Shown here piece after piece: positions 10,052 through 18,536 of a stretch of 64,000 bases of DNA (positions within the stretch are counted from its first letter, which is position 1; every line of letters starts with the position of its first letter). Source of the DNA: an uncultured Acidobacteriota bacterium. GTDB lineage: Bacteria; Acidobacteriota; Terriglobia; Terriglobales; Acidobacteriaceae. The notes under the pieces are model-generated. The model was not told the origin of the DNA and searched no databases. It saw only the letters and a list, made by a program, of their open reading frames with translations. The stretch is taken from NCBI GenBank assembly GCA_903873705.1, contig CAIQPK010000081.1, forward strand, positions 24,989 to 88,988. The letters are read 5' to 3'. A program made the translations under genes and the position numbers.

Positions 10052-11028
10052 CGGGCGGAGCCTCCGCTGTTGGCGAGCTGCTCGAGTTTATCGATGGCCT
10101 GGGTGAGGGTTTCGTAGTGCAGCTCGAATCCCTTGACGTTGGCGAAGCTGGAAAGGATGCTGGCCTGGCGGGTGCGGATTTCGGCGGGGTCGTAGAAGTC
10201 GGTGTGGAAGCGCTGCAGGGTGGTATCGAGGCCGAGGGGGACAAGCCAGGCGCGGTCGGTGGGCTTGCGGTGGAGGAAGATGACGTACTCGACGCGTGCC
10301 TCGTCTGAGGTGATGAGGCCGGGGAGCTCGGCGGTGGGGATTTCGATGGAGGGCTTACCCTCGGTGCGGGGGGTGAGCTCGTATCCTTGCAGCTCAGGGA
10401 AGAGGGCCTTGGCGGCGGGGCGGAAGCGGACCTTACGCGCGTTGCCGATGACGCGACCCTGGGTGGCGCCGTGGAGGACGTAGCAGCTGTCGTCTGCGGT
10501 ATAGGTCCAGCCGGCGCGGGCGCAGGCGTAAGCGAGTGTCGTCTTGCCGGCCCCCGGTGCTCCCCAGAAGAGCATGCCCTTACCGCGAAAGCTGACGCAG
10601 GCGGAGTGCAGGGGCATGGCGTGGCGCGAGGAGATGAGGATCATGACGACCGATTCGATGAAGTGATAGCGGAGGTAGAGCAAGTTGCTGGTGGCGGCGC
10701 GGGTGACGTAGATGGTGCCGTGACCTTCGCGCATGTTGGCGACCGCGTAGTTGCCGTCGCCGGCGTCGAGGTAAAGCATGTGGCCGTCCATGCTCCATGC
10801 GGGCGTGGGAGGCGGCGGCAGGCCGTCGCCGTCTTCTGAAGCGATGACGCGGACCTGCAGCATGGGGAGGGCGTAGCGCGGGGCATGATCGCCCCAGCTC
10901 TGCTCGGCGGCCTGCAGGATGGCGGGCGAATTGGTGGTGATTTCGATGGGGAGGCCGAGCGGGTAGAAGACGCCGCGAAGGGGCGTTGCTACTTCGGACC
11001 GTATTGCTTCAGCGAGGGCGTTGGTCAT
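10048..11028 (-). CDS. HPr kinase/phosphorylase C-terminal-domain-like P-loop protein (HprK-related kinase)
   Basis: 326 aa. HSACVSFRGKGMLFWGAPGAGKTTLAYACARAGWTYTADDSCYVL fits the HprK C-domain pattern: His, then G.G.L..G.sG.GK(S/T).L, then G....(S/A)DD. Confidence 0.7.
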   Translation of the reverse strand: MTNALAEAIRSEVATPLRGVFYPLGLPIEITTNSPAILQAAEQSWGDHAPRYALPMLQVRVIASEDGDGLPPPPTPAWSMDGHMLYLDAGDGNYAVANMREGHGTIYVTRAATSNLLYLRYHFIESVVMILISSRHAMPLHSACVSFRGKGMLFWGAPGAGKTTLAYACARAGWTYTADDSCYVLHGATQGRVIGNARKVRFRPAAKALFPELQGYELTPRTEGKPSIEIPTAELPGLITSDEARVEYVIFLHRKPTDRAWLVPLGLDTTLQRFHTDFYDPAEIRTRQASILSSFANVKGFELHYETLTQAIDKLEQLANSGGSAR

Positions 11029-11055
11029 TGGTGGTTGGGTATTGGGCTTCCGGTA

Positions 11056-11895
11056 CTAGCTGGCTTCGGGTTCGACCCACACTGGCTCGGAGGAGCTGAT
11101 GCGCGAGGGTTGTTGCGAGGGCATGGGGTAGGCCCTGATGCGGGCGAGCTGGAGCAGGATGGCGAATAGGAACGCGGGGTTATTGCGCAGGTAGCGGCGC
11201 CAGAGGTGGCGGGGGTCCTGCAGGAGGCGATGCAGCCACTGCAGGCCGCAGAGCTTGATCCAGTCTGCGCAATCGGCGATGCGGCCGGTGTGGAAGTCGA
11301 AGGCGGCGCCGACGCCGAACATGAGGGTGGTATCGAGCAGCGGAAGGAAGCGCGCCATGAAGCGTTCCTGGCGCGGGGTGCTGATGCCGACCCAGATGAT
11401 GTCGGGCTGGAGGCGGGCGACGGCGGCGATGAGGTCCTGCTCCTGCGCGGGGGAGAGCGGGCCGAAGGGCGGTGTGTAGGTGCCGACGATGCGGGTGTGG
11501 GGGAAGCGGGTGCGGAGGGAGTCGCGCAGTTCTTCGGCGATGCCGGGTTTGCCGCCGTAGAAGAAGTGGGTGACGTTTCGGAACTCTTCGCGCGAAAAAA
11601 TTTCGAGCATGAGGTCGGGGCCGGTGACGCGCTCCATGTGGCTGTGGCCCTGGTGGCGGCCGACCCAGACGGTGGGCATGCCGTCGGGCGCGGTGAGGGC
11701 GGAGTCGCAGAGAATCTGCGCGACGTCGGGGTTGCGCTGCGCTTCCATGACGCCGTGGACGCCGGCGAGGCAGACGTAGCCCTTGCGCTCCTGCTGCAGG
11801 CTGGCAGCGACGCGTGCCAGGGCCTGCTGCATGTTTACCGCGTCGATGCCGATGCCCAGGACGTTTGCCTTGGGGCGATCTATTCTGCTGCTCAA
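11056..11895 (-). CDS. WecB/TagA/CpsF-family (GT26) glycosyltransferase
   Basis: 279 aa. Signature blocks VLGIGIDAVNMQQALARV, APDGMPTVWVGR, PDIIWVGISTPRQERF. Confidence 0.85.
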   Translation of the reverse strand: MSSRIDRPKANVLGIGIDAVNMQQALARVAASLQQERKGYVCLAGVHGVMEAQRNPDVAQILCDSALTAPDGMPTVWVGRHQGHSHMERVTGPDLMLEIFSREEFRNVTHFFYGGKPGIAEELRDSLRTRFPHTRIVGTYTPPFGPLSPAQEQDLIAAVARLQPDIIWVGISTPRQERFMARFLPLLDTTLMFGVGAAFDFHTGRIADCADWIKLCGLQWLHRLLQDPRHLWRRYLRNNPAFLFAILLQLARIRAYPMPSQQPSRISSSEPVWVEPEAS

Positions 11896-13067
11896 GGCCG
11901 ACCTCTTTCCAACGAATGAACTAAATTGCTGCTGGAGCCCGCGGCGCGCGCCTGGCTGAGGCGCGTGTACATGCCGATGTAGGCCTCCGCGATGCGGGGG
12001 CTGGAAAAGCGCTCGACGGCGGACTCACGGAATTTGAAGCTGGCGCGTGCGCGTTGCACGGCCTTCACGAAGGCGTCTTCACCGTTGGGCTCGAGTGCGG
12101 CGTAGTAGCAGTACGATCCGCCGACTTCGCGGAAAGCGGCGATGTCCGAGCAGACGACGCGGGTGTGGTGCAGCATGGCTTCGACGATGGGCAGGCCGAA
12201 GCCTTCGACCAGCGAGGGAGCGAGCAGGAACTCGCAGTGGCCGTAGCACCAGGCGAGCTCGGCGTCGTCGATGCCACGCAGCAGAATGATGTGGGGAGCG
12301 AGGCCGCTCTCCCGGATGAACTGGTGGATGCGCTCGGTTTCAGGGCCCTCGATGCCGACGATAACCAGCTTTGCCGTGCCGAGGAGGAGGCCTTCGAAGA
12401 GGAGGCGGCGGAAAACCCTGATGGCGAAGAGGATGTTCTTGTTGCGGCGGTGTTGCGCGACGCAGAGGACGAAGGGCTCGTCGCTCCAGCCGGGGATGGG
12501 GCTGGCTGCGGACATGGCGGGGCCGGGGTCGACGCAGTTGAAAATTTTGCTGGCCTTCTGCACGACCTGGCGGGGGACGATCATGTCGAGGCGCTGCAAG
12601 GTGCTGTCGGAGACGCAGGCGATGGTGTCTGCGGAGCGCAGGCACTGCTGGAGGAAGAGGCGGTTGAAGAGCATCTTGGGGAAGCCGAAGTTGGCGGGGA
12701 TGTCGTACGGGTAGAGGTCGTGCAAGGTGACGACGGTGGGGCAGGGGCAGGCGCCGCGGCGGAGCGGTGCGGGGTAGGCGAGGTGCACGATGTCGGCGTT
12801 GAGCTTGCGGGCGAGGCGGGGGAGACGGAAGTAGTACCATGCGTTGCGGCCGATGGCGCCGCGGGTGACGGGGACTTCGTGCAGGTGGAGGCGGGGGTCG
12901 GTGCAGTCGAGGGTGGAGCGCACGGCGGCGGTCTGCCAGGGAGCGACGGCGACATGTACCTCGGTGACTTCCGCACGCGAGAGCAGGCAGCGCACCACGT
13001 TGATGGCGTGGCGGGAGACGCCGGAGAGGTGTTCGGATGAGGCGACCAGGGCGATGAGGACTTTCAT
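11892..13067 (-). CDS. GT-B fold glycosyltransferase (family 4-like)
   Basis: Track ORF 11892..13697 trimmed to ATG 13067 (MKVLIALVASSEHLSGVSRH...), which overlaps the flippase stop as ATGA. C-terminal EGFGLPIVEAMLHHTRVVCSDIAAFREVGG is the E-x7-E region. Confidence 0.85.
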   Translation of the reverse strand: MKVLIALVASSEHLSGVSRHAINVVRCLLSRAEVTEVHVAVAPWQTAAVRSTLDCTDPRLHLHEVPVTRGAIGRNAWYYFRLPRLARKLNADIVHLAYPAPLRRGACPCPTVVTLHDLYPYDIPANFGFPKMLFNRLFLQQCLRSADTIACVSDSTLQRLDMIVPRQVVQKASKIFNCVDPGPAMSAASPIPGWSDEPFVLCVAQHRRNKNILFAIRVFRRLLFEGLLLGTAKLVIVGIEGPETERIHQFIRESGLAPHIILLRGIDDAELAWCYGHCEFLLAPSLVEGFGLPIVEAMLHHTRVVCSDIAAFREVGGSYCYYAALEPNGEDAFVKAVQRARASFKFRESAVERFSSPRIAEAYIGMYTRLSQARAAGSSSNLVHSLERGRP

Positions 13068-14386
13068 GCGTCCTCGCAGACTGGCAGTATGCCGGGGGAA
13101 GGGATGGAGGTCGCGGGTAGGCGAAGGAGCCGCGCGAGCGGGAGATACATGGCGAGACTGACAAGGCCGAAGGCGATGCGCGCGAATGCGACGCCGCGGA
13201 TGCCGGTGCGGGGGAGCAGGCAGGCCATCAGAGCGAGCATGGCTGCGCCCGCGACGAGGCCGACGAGGGTGACGGACTTGACGCGGCCCAGCGCGAGCAG
13301 GGCGTAGTACGCGGTGACGCTGAGGGCGAGGAGAGCGAAGCTCCAGACGATGGTGGTGAAGATGGGTTTGGCTGCGGTGGCTATCGCGGGGCCGACCCAG
13401 AGGCGGAGCAGCGTGTTGCCGCAGAGCAGAGCGAGTACGGTGACGAGGGCGACGAAGGCGAGGTTCGCAGTGAAGGCGATGGCGACGCGGCGGCGCAGGG
13501 CGGAGAGCGTCGAGGTAGCCTGGCGCGCTGCGAGGTACGGGAAGAGGAAGTGCAGGCCGGCGGCAGCGAGGCCGTAAATGGGTTGTGCTATCTGGACGCA
13601 GAGGGCATAGGCGGTGACGGTGGCTGCGCCGAGCGAAGCGCCGAGGATGAGGCGGTCGGCCTGGCTGAAGAGGACGCTGGAGACGGCCTGCATCCAACTG
13701 AAGATGCCGAAGCTGAAGAGGACGGTGAGAGCAGCGCGGTCGAAGGTGGGCGCGAGGTGCGGGGTTTGCAGGAAGGTTTGCAGGCGGATGATCTGGGCGA
13801 TGAGGCCGAGGGTGGTGAGCGTTGCGGTGAGGACCATGATGCTGACGACGCCGTAGCCGAGGCGGGTGAGGACGACCGCGACGGCGATGGTGAGAACGCG
13901 GAGAATGAGGCTGATGCGGACGGCTTCGCCGTAGCGCTCGAAGGCCCGCTGGGTGCTGATGCAGACGCTTTCGAGCGCGCGGATGAGCATGAGGAGGCAG
14001 GCGATGCGGAGCGCGGCAATGCAGGCGGCTTGCAGCGTGGCGTCAGTGGGGACGGCGTGGCGCGCGAGGGAGGGAACGAAGGGCAGCGCGATGAGGGCGA
14101 GTGCGGTTCCCAATGCGAGATTGATGCCCATCATGCTGCGCACGGCGCGGAGGAGGGCGTCGCGGTTGTTGAGGCTGTTCATGGTGGCGACGTGCTGAGT
14201 GTTGGCGTCGCCGAAGCCCGAAGCGACGATGCCGCCGACGCTGACTGCCGCGGAGCAGACGATCCATACGCCGTACTGCGCGACGCCGAGGTGGTGCAGC
14301 AGAGCGGGGGCGGCGACGAGCATGGCGGCGGGGTAAGCGGCGTAGTCGAGCACACCGTAGGCGGCGTTGGAGAGGTGGGCCCTCAT
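13064..14386 (-). CDS. Wzx-type polysaccharide/oligosaccharide flippase (MOP superfamily)
   Basis: 440 aa with about 12-14 TM helices. It sits in a polysaccharide operon with 4-nt overlaps on both sides. Confidence 0.8.
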   Translation of the reverse strand: MRAHLSNAAYGVLDYAAYPAAMLVAAPALLHHLGVAQYGVWIVCSAAVSVGGIVASGFGDANTQHVATMNSLNNRDALLRAVRSMMGINLALGTALALIALPFVPSLARHAVPTDATLQAACIAALRIACLLMLIRALESVCISTQRAFERYGEAVRISLILRVLTIAVAVVLTRLGYGVVSIMVLTATLTTLGLIAQIIRLQTFLQTPHLAPTFDRAALTVLFSFGIFSWMQAVSSVLFSQADRLILGASLGAATVTAYALCVQIAQPIYGLAAAGLHFLFPYLAARQATSTLSALRRRVAIAFTANLAFVALVTVLALLCGNTLLRLWVGPAIATAAKPIFTTIVWSFALLALSVTAYYALLALGRVKSVTLVGLVAGAAMLALMACLLPRTGIRGVAFARIAFGLVSLAMYLPLARLLRLPATSIPSPGILPVCEDA

Positions 14387-15639
14387 TGCGCGCCCCCTGT
14401 TGCCGGGGTGTTGCGGCGCAGGCGGGCGCGGAGGGTTGCCGAGACTTCTTTGACGAGGGTGCGGCGCGGGTCGAGGGGGTCGATCTGCTGCCAGCGGTGG
14501 CGGAAGAGGACGTAGACCGCTGTCACGATCAGGATGAAGCCGGTGAGGCCGAGCATGATGTAGAGGCGCGGGGGGAAAGACTTCTTTTCGGCCAGGATGG
14601 GGGCGTCGATGACGCGGACGACGGGGGTGTCCTTGGCTTCTTCAATGCGGGCCATCTCATCCTGCTGCGAGAGGAGCTCGAAGACGGTTTCCTGGATGCG
14701 GACGGTGCGGTAGAGGTTGGCGTAGGGCACGGCGAGGCGTGGCAGTTGACGTAGCGACGGGTAGGGGTTGCTGTCGGTGGTGGCGGTGGGCAGGTCGGCG
14801 CCGCTGCCGTTCATCTTGGCGAGTTCGCCGTGCAGGCTGGCGATGCGGGCGCGGGCGGAGCGGACGCGGACGTTGTCGGCGCCATAAATCTGTTCGAGGC
14901 CGCCGAGCTCGGACTCGGCGACGATGACTTCGGCCTGGAGGCGCGCGGTGGCGTCGACCATGGCGCGGGTTTGTTCCTTGGGGTCGAGCGTGGTGGTGGT
15001 GCTGGAGAATTCGCTGAGGGCCTTCTGCGCGGTCTGCAGGTCGTGCTGCACGGTGACGAGGCGGCGCTCGATGAACTCGCGCTCCGTGCGTGCGGAGGAG
15101 ACGTTGGCGCGGGTGACGGTGGTGTTGAGCTCCTCGAGATAGGCCTGGGTGATGGCGCGGGCACGCTCGGGGTCGGTGTCGGTGTAGGTGATGGAGATGA
15201 TGCCGCTCTTTTTGTCTTCGACGACGGCGGTGTGCTTGATGAGGTACTTAAGCGTGTCGACGCGATAGCGCTGGTGGTAGACGTGCTGGAGGTCGAAGCG
15301 GTCGATGATGTGGTCGCAGACGGAGCGGCTCTGCAGCAGATCCATGAATATGGCGCTGGTGGTGCGCACCCCCATGAAGCCTCCGGCAAGGGAGCTGAGA
15401 CCGCCGAGACCGGAGGAGGCGCGGCCGGCGAGGGAGGCAAGCAGGGCAGACGCACCGCCACCCTGCTCGGGTGGCATGATGCTGGCGGTGGACTCGTACT
15501 GCTTGGGGATGAGGAAAGCGATTCCGGTGCTGAGCGCCAGGGCAACGATGCCGACGCGCAACAGCAGCCGGCGCTCGCTCCACAGGAGCGAGGCGTTGGT
15601 CGTCCAATTTGCGACGGGTTGGGGGGCTTGCTCCATCAC
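14383..15639 (-). CDS. Wzz/GumC-type polysaccharide co-polymerase (chain-length determinant), no kinase domain
   Basis: 418 aa. N-terminal TM, PKQYESTASIMPP motif, long coiled-coil periplasmic part, C-terminal TM (LYIMLGLTGFILIVTAVYVLF). No Walker A tyrosine-kinase module. Confidence 0.8.
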   Translation of the reverse strand: MMEQAPQPVANWTTNASLLWSERRLLLRVGIVALALSTGIAFLIPKQYESTASIMPPEQGGGASALLASLAGRASSGLGGLSSLAGGFMGVRTTSAIFMDLLQSRSVCDHIIDRFDLQHVYHQRYRVDTLKYLIKHTAVVEDKKSGIISITYTDTDPERARAITQAYLEELNTTVTRANVSSARTEREFIERRLVTVQHDLQTAQKALSEFSSTTTTLDPKEQTRAMVDATARLQAEVIVAESELGGLEQIYGADNVRVRSARARIASLHGELAKMNGSGADLPTATTDSNPYPSLRQLPRLAVPYANLYRTVRIQETVFELLSQQDEMARIEEAKDTPVVRVIDAPILAEKKSFPPRLYIMLGLTGFILIVTAVYVLFRHRWQQIDPLDPRRTLVKEVSATLRARLRRNTPATGGAQ

Positions 15640-18536
15640 AGCACCCCTGCTACGGCGGCGGTGATGGCGATGGATGAGGTGATCTGCGCGACGGTGAGCA
15701 GGTTGCGCCAGAGCAGTGAGCCGCCGATGATCTTCTGCGGAACGACGATGACATCGCCGGGGTTCATGCGCGTGGAGAGCACGCTATCCGACCAGCCGCC
15801 GGAACGTTTACCGATGACCAGGCCATTGGCGCGGACGATGAAGATCTCCTTGCGGTTGGCGACTTCGTTGGTGCTGCCCGCGCGGTCGAGATACCAGCTG
15901 GCCTTTTTGCCGGGAACGAAGGTGATCGCGGAGGCGTTGTAGACCTGGCCGCTGACGAGGACGAAGCCGGGCTGCTTGGGCACGGTGAGTACGTCGCCGC
16001 TGCGCATTTCGATGTCCGCGTCGGTGTTGGCCCAGCTGTCGATGTCTGCCGAGACGTGGATAACGAGGCGTCCGCTGGCGGGCTGGCTGCGGAGGCGCTG
16101 CAGGACTTCGTTCTGCTGCTGCTCGGCGGCGGCGATGGTGGCGGCCTGGTCGCCGGCGAGGTTGGGCGCGAGGCGAGCGGATGCGGCGCTGGTTTCGATC
16201 TGGTGGATGAGTTCGAGGCGGCTCTTTTCTTCGAGTTGGCGAACCTGGGTGCGGACGAGAATGGCGCCGTCGGCGTATGCCGTGCCGCGCAAGCCGCCGG
16301 CGCGACGCAGGACGGAGCTGAGGCGCTCGCCTTCCTGCAGGCCGTAGCTGCCAGGGAACTTTACTTCTCCGTCGAGGGTGACGGATGCGCCGATATCGTT
16401 CCAGCCGGAAATCTGGTGGATGGTGAGAATGTCGCCGGGTTTGAGTGGGGTGTCCGCGGCGCGGTTGTTGGCGAGGAGGGCGGCGCCGATGTTGATTTCT
16501 GTGCGCTGGCTGACAGTCTTTTCGCCGTTCTGCACGGTGTAGCTGGCGAGATCGGCGGAGTCGATGAGGGCGTCGCGCTTGAGGCCGCCGGCCATGCGTA
16601 CGAGCTGGGCGGCGGTCATGCCGGCGGGGAAGGCGTACTCGCCAGGGTGCTGGACTTCGCCGCGGATGGTGACGTGGGGAGCGTCCTGCTCGTAACGGCC
16701 GAAGATGCGGACGGTGTCGAAGGGCTGGAGCGGGAGGTTGACGTTGCCGATGAGGGCGTCGGCGACGTTGAACTCGATGGCTTCGGGATGGAGGTCGGGC
16801 GGGACGAGGCGGATGATGTCGCCTATGGCGGCGGGCTCGGGGAGTAGGTCCTGGTAGCTGCGGATGACGTCGGCCAGGGTCATGCCGTCGTGGAAGGGCA
16901 GCTTGCCGGGGCGGGCGACGTGGCCCTGCACGTAGACAGCGCGCTGGCTGTAGGGCAGGATGGCGCCGACGTGGATGCGGTCGCCATCTTTTACCGCGAC
17001 GGCGGTAAGGCGCTGCTGGGCGAGCTCGGCGGGGGCGGAGGCGGGGAGGTCGACGTTGACGGTTTCGCGCTGCTGGTTGGGTTGAACGCGGTCGATGGTG
17101 ATGTGGTTGAGCGCGGCGGTGACGGTGGCGCCGCCGGCGTCGGTGAGCAGCTCGGCGAGGGTGGTGTTGGCTTTCAGCTCGTAGATCGCGGCGCGGCGGA
17201 CCATGCCGTAGACCGCGACTTGCGGACCGGCGGGCGGGACGAGCAGGGTGTCGCCGGCCTGGAGGCGTTCTTCGCTGCCACGGAGGCCGTGGAGGAGGAA
17301 GTCGTAGAGGTCGATCTCGCGGATGAGCTGGGCGCCGCGCATGTGGCGGACTATGCGCAGCGAGCCGACGCTGGTGGGGCCGCCGGCGGCGTAGAGCGCG
17401 TTGATGGTGGTGGAGAGGGAGCTGAGGTCGTAGGCGCCGGGGCGCTGCACGTCGCCGGTGACGTAGACGCGGACGGTGCGGAGGCGGGCGATGGCGAGGT
17501 CGACGCGGGCGTCGCGGAACTGCTGGCGGAGTGCGGCCTGCACGGCTTCCTGTGCGTGCTGCAGGGTGAGTCCGGCGAGGACGATGGCACCGGCCTCGGG
17601 CAACGCAATTTTGCCTTCACGGTCGATGACGCGGGTGAAGCTTTGCGAGAGCCCGCCGGAGAGCGTGATGGTGAGGCCGTCACCGGTGCCGAGGACGTAG
17701 TCGGGGCCGACGGGGACGTCCATGGGAAGGTCGCGGGGGATGGAGGCGGAGTGGTCGCCGAGCGGGTCGTCGCGATTGATGAAGACGTCGGAGCCGAAGC
17801 GCCTGAGGTTGGTGTCATCCTGCGGGAGCTGGGTGTAGAGATCGCGCATGGCGAGCAGGTTGTAGGGCGCGGGGACGTGGAGGACTTCGGGTTTGTCGGT
17901 GCTGCTGCGGGTGGTGTCTTTGCGTGCGGAGGTATCGGCGCGCTGCAATGGCGTGGTGGCGGGGGCGCGTCGGTTGGTGGTGGTCCGGTCCTGGAGGCGC
18001 TCGTCGTTGGGGGAGGAGGACGGGAAGGAATCGGCGTCGTTGCGCGAAGCGGTGAGGGGGTCCGGGCCGTTGAGGCTGTCACGGCGGTCGACGTTGTTGT
18101 CGCTGGAAGTGGTGAGCGAACGATGCAGTTCGGCGTCGGAGACGTAGCCGCGGGCGCGGAGCCACTCGGTAATGCCGGCGCGGAGATCGGAGCTGGAGGC
18201 GATCTGTCGGGTGAGGGTGTCGTCGGTAATGGCGTCGGCCTGGACACGGATGCCCTGCTGCTGGAGGGTGTCGGCGAGCACGGATTTGAGCTCGGGGACG
18301 AGCTCGGGATGCTGCTGCAGGATCTGGTCGATCTCCGCGGCGGAGAGCGCGGTGCGGGAGCTGAGGTTGGTGGAGGTGGAATTCTGCGATGGAGTGGCGC
18401 TGGCAGTGTCGTCCGCAGTGGAGCGGGGCGATGCCTGTTGCAGCTGGGAGTAGGCGGCATTGCCTTGAAACGCTAGCAGGCAGAGCGTTGCAGGAAGCAC
18501 GCGGCGAGCGAGCCGGGATGGGAGTGTGAGGGTCAT
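15636..18536 (-). CDS. polysaccharide export protein (Wza-like Poly_export plus multiple SLBB domains)
   Basis: 966 aa. Signal peptide, a Ser/Thr/Asp-rich linker of about 200 aa, then the Poly_export block YVLGTGDGLTITLSGG...EGKIALPEAGAIVLAGLT. Repeated SLBB-like units follow (V.V.G.V..PG.Y......TL......AGG), then a C-terminal hydrophobic helix. Confidence 0.85.
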   Translation of the reverse strand: MTLTLPSRLARRVLPATLCLLAFQGNAAYSQLQQASPRSTADDTASATPSQNSTSTNLSSRTALSAAEIDQILQQHPELVPELKSVLADTLQQQGIRVQADAITDDTLTRQIASSSDLRAGITEWLRARGYVSDAELHRSLTTSSDNNVDRRDSLNGPDPLTASRNDADSFPSSSPNDERLQDRTTTNRRAPATTPLQRADTSARKDTTRSSTDKPEVLHVPAPYNLLAMRDLYTQLPQDDTNLRRFGSDVFINRDDPLGDHSASIPRDLPMDVPVGPDYVLGTGDGLTITLSGGLSQSFTRVIDREGKIALPEAGAIVLAGLTLQHAQEAVQAALRQQFRDARVDLAIARLRTVRVYVTGDVQRPGAYDLSSLSTTINALYAAGGPTSVGSLRIVRHMRGAQLIREIDLYDFLLHGLRGSEERLQAGDTLLVPPAGPQVAVYGMVRRAAIYELKANTTLAELLTDAGGATVTAALNHITIDRVQPNQQRETVNVDLPASAPAELAQQRLTAVAVKDGDRIHVGAILPYSQRAVYVQGHVARPGKLPFHDGMTLADVIRSYQDLLPEPAAIGDIIRLVPPDLHPEAIEFNVADALIGNVNLPLQPFDTVRIFGRYEQDAPHVTIRGEVQHPGEYAFPAGMTAAQLVRMAGGLKRDALIDSADLASYTVQNGEKTVSQRTEINIGAALLANNRAADTPLKPGDILTIHQISGWNDIGASVTLDGEVKFPGSYGLQEGERLSSVLRRAGGLRGTAYADGAILVRTQVRQLEEKSRLELIHQIETSAASARLAPNLAGDQAATIAAAEQQQNEVLQRLRSQPASGRLVIHVSADIDSWANTDADIEMRSGDVLTVPKQPGFVLVSGQVYNASAITFVPGKKASWYLDRAGSTNEVANRKEIFIVRANGLVIGKRSGGWSDSVLSTRMNPGDVIVVPQKIIGGSLLWRNLLTVAQITSSIAITAAVAGVL

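Noticed and set aside
11892-13697. Track versions with long N-terminal extensions (11892..13697, 39689..40543, 40114..40941, 43509..44771, 3744..4763, 29524..30921, 57231..58556).
   Set aside because: The extensions are Arg/Pro/His-rich and overlap the upstream gene. Internal ATGs give proper signal peptides or conserved N-termini and produce classic ATGA overlaps or short spacers.
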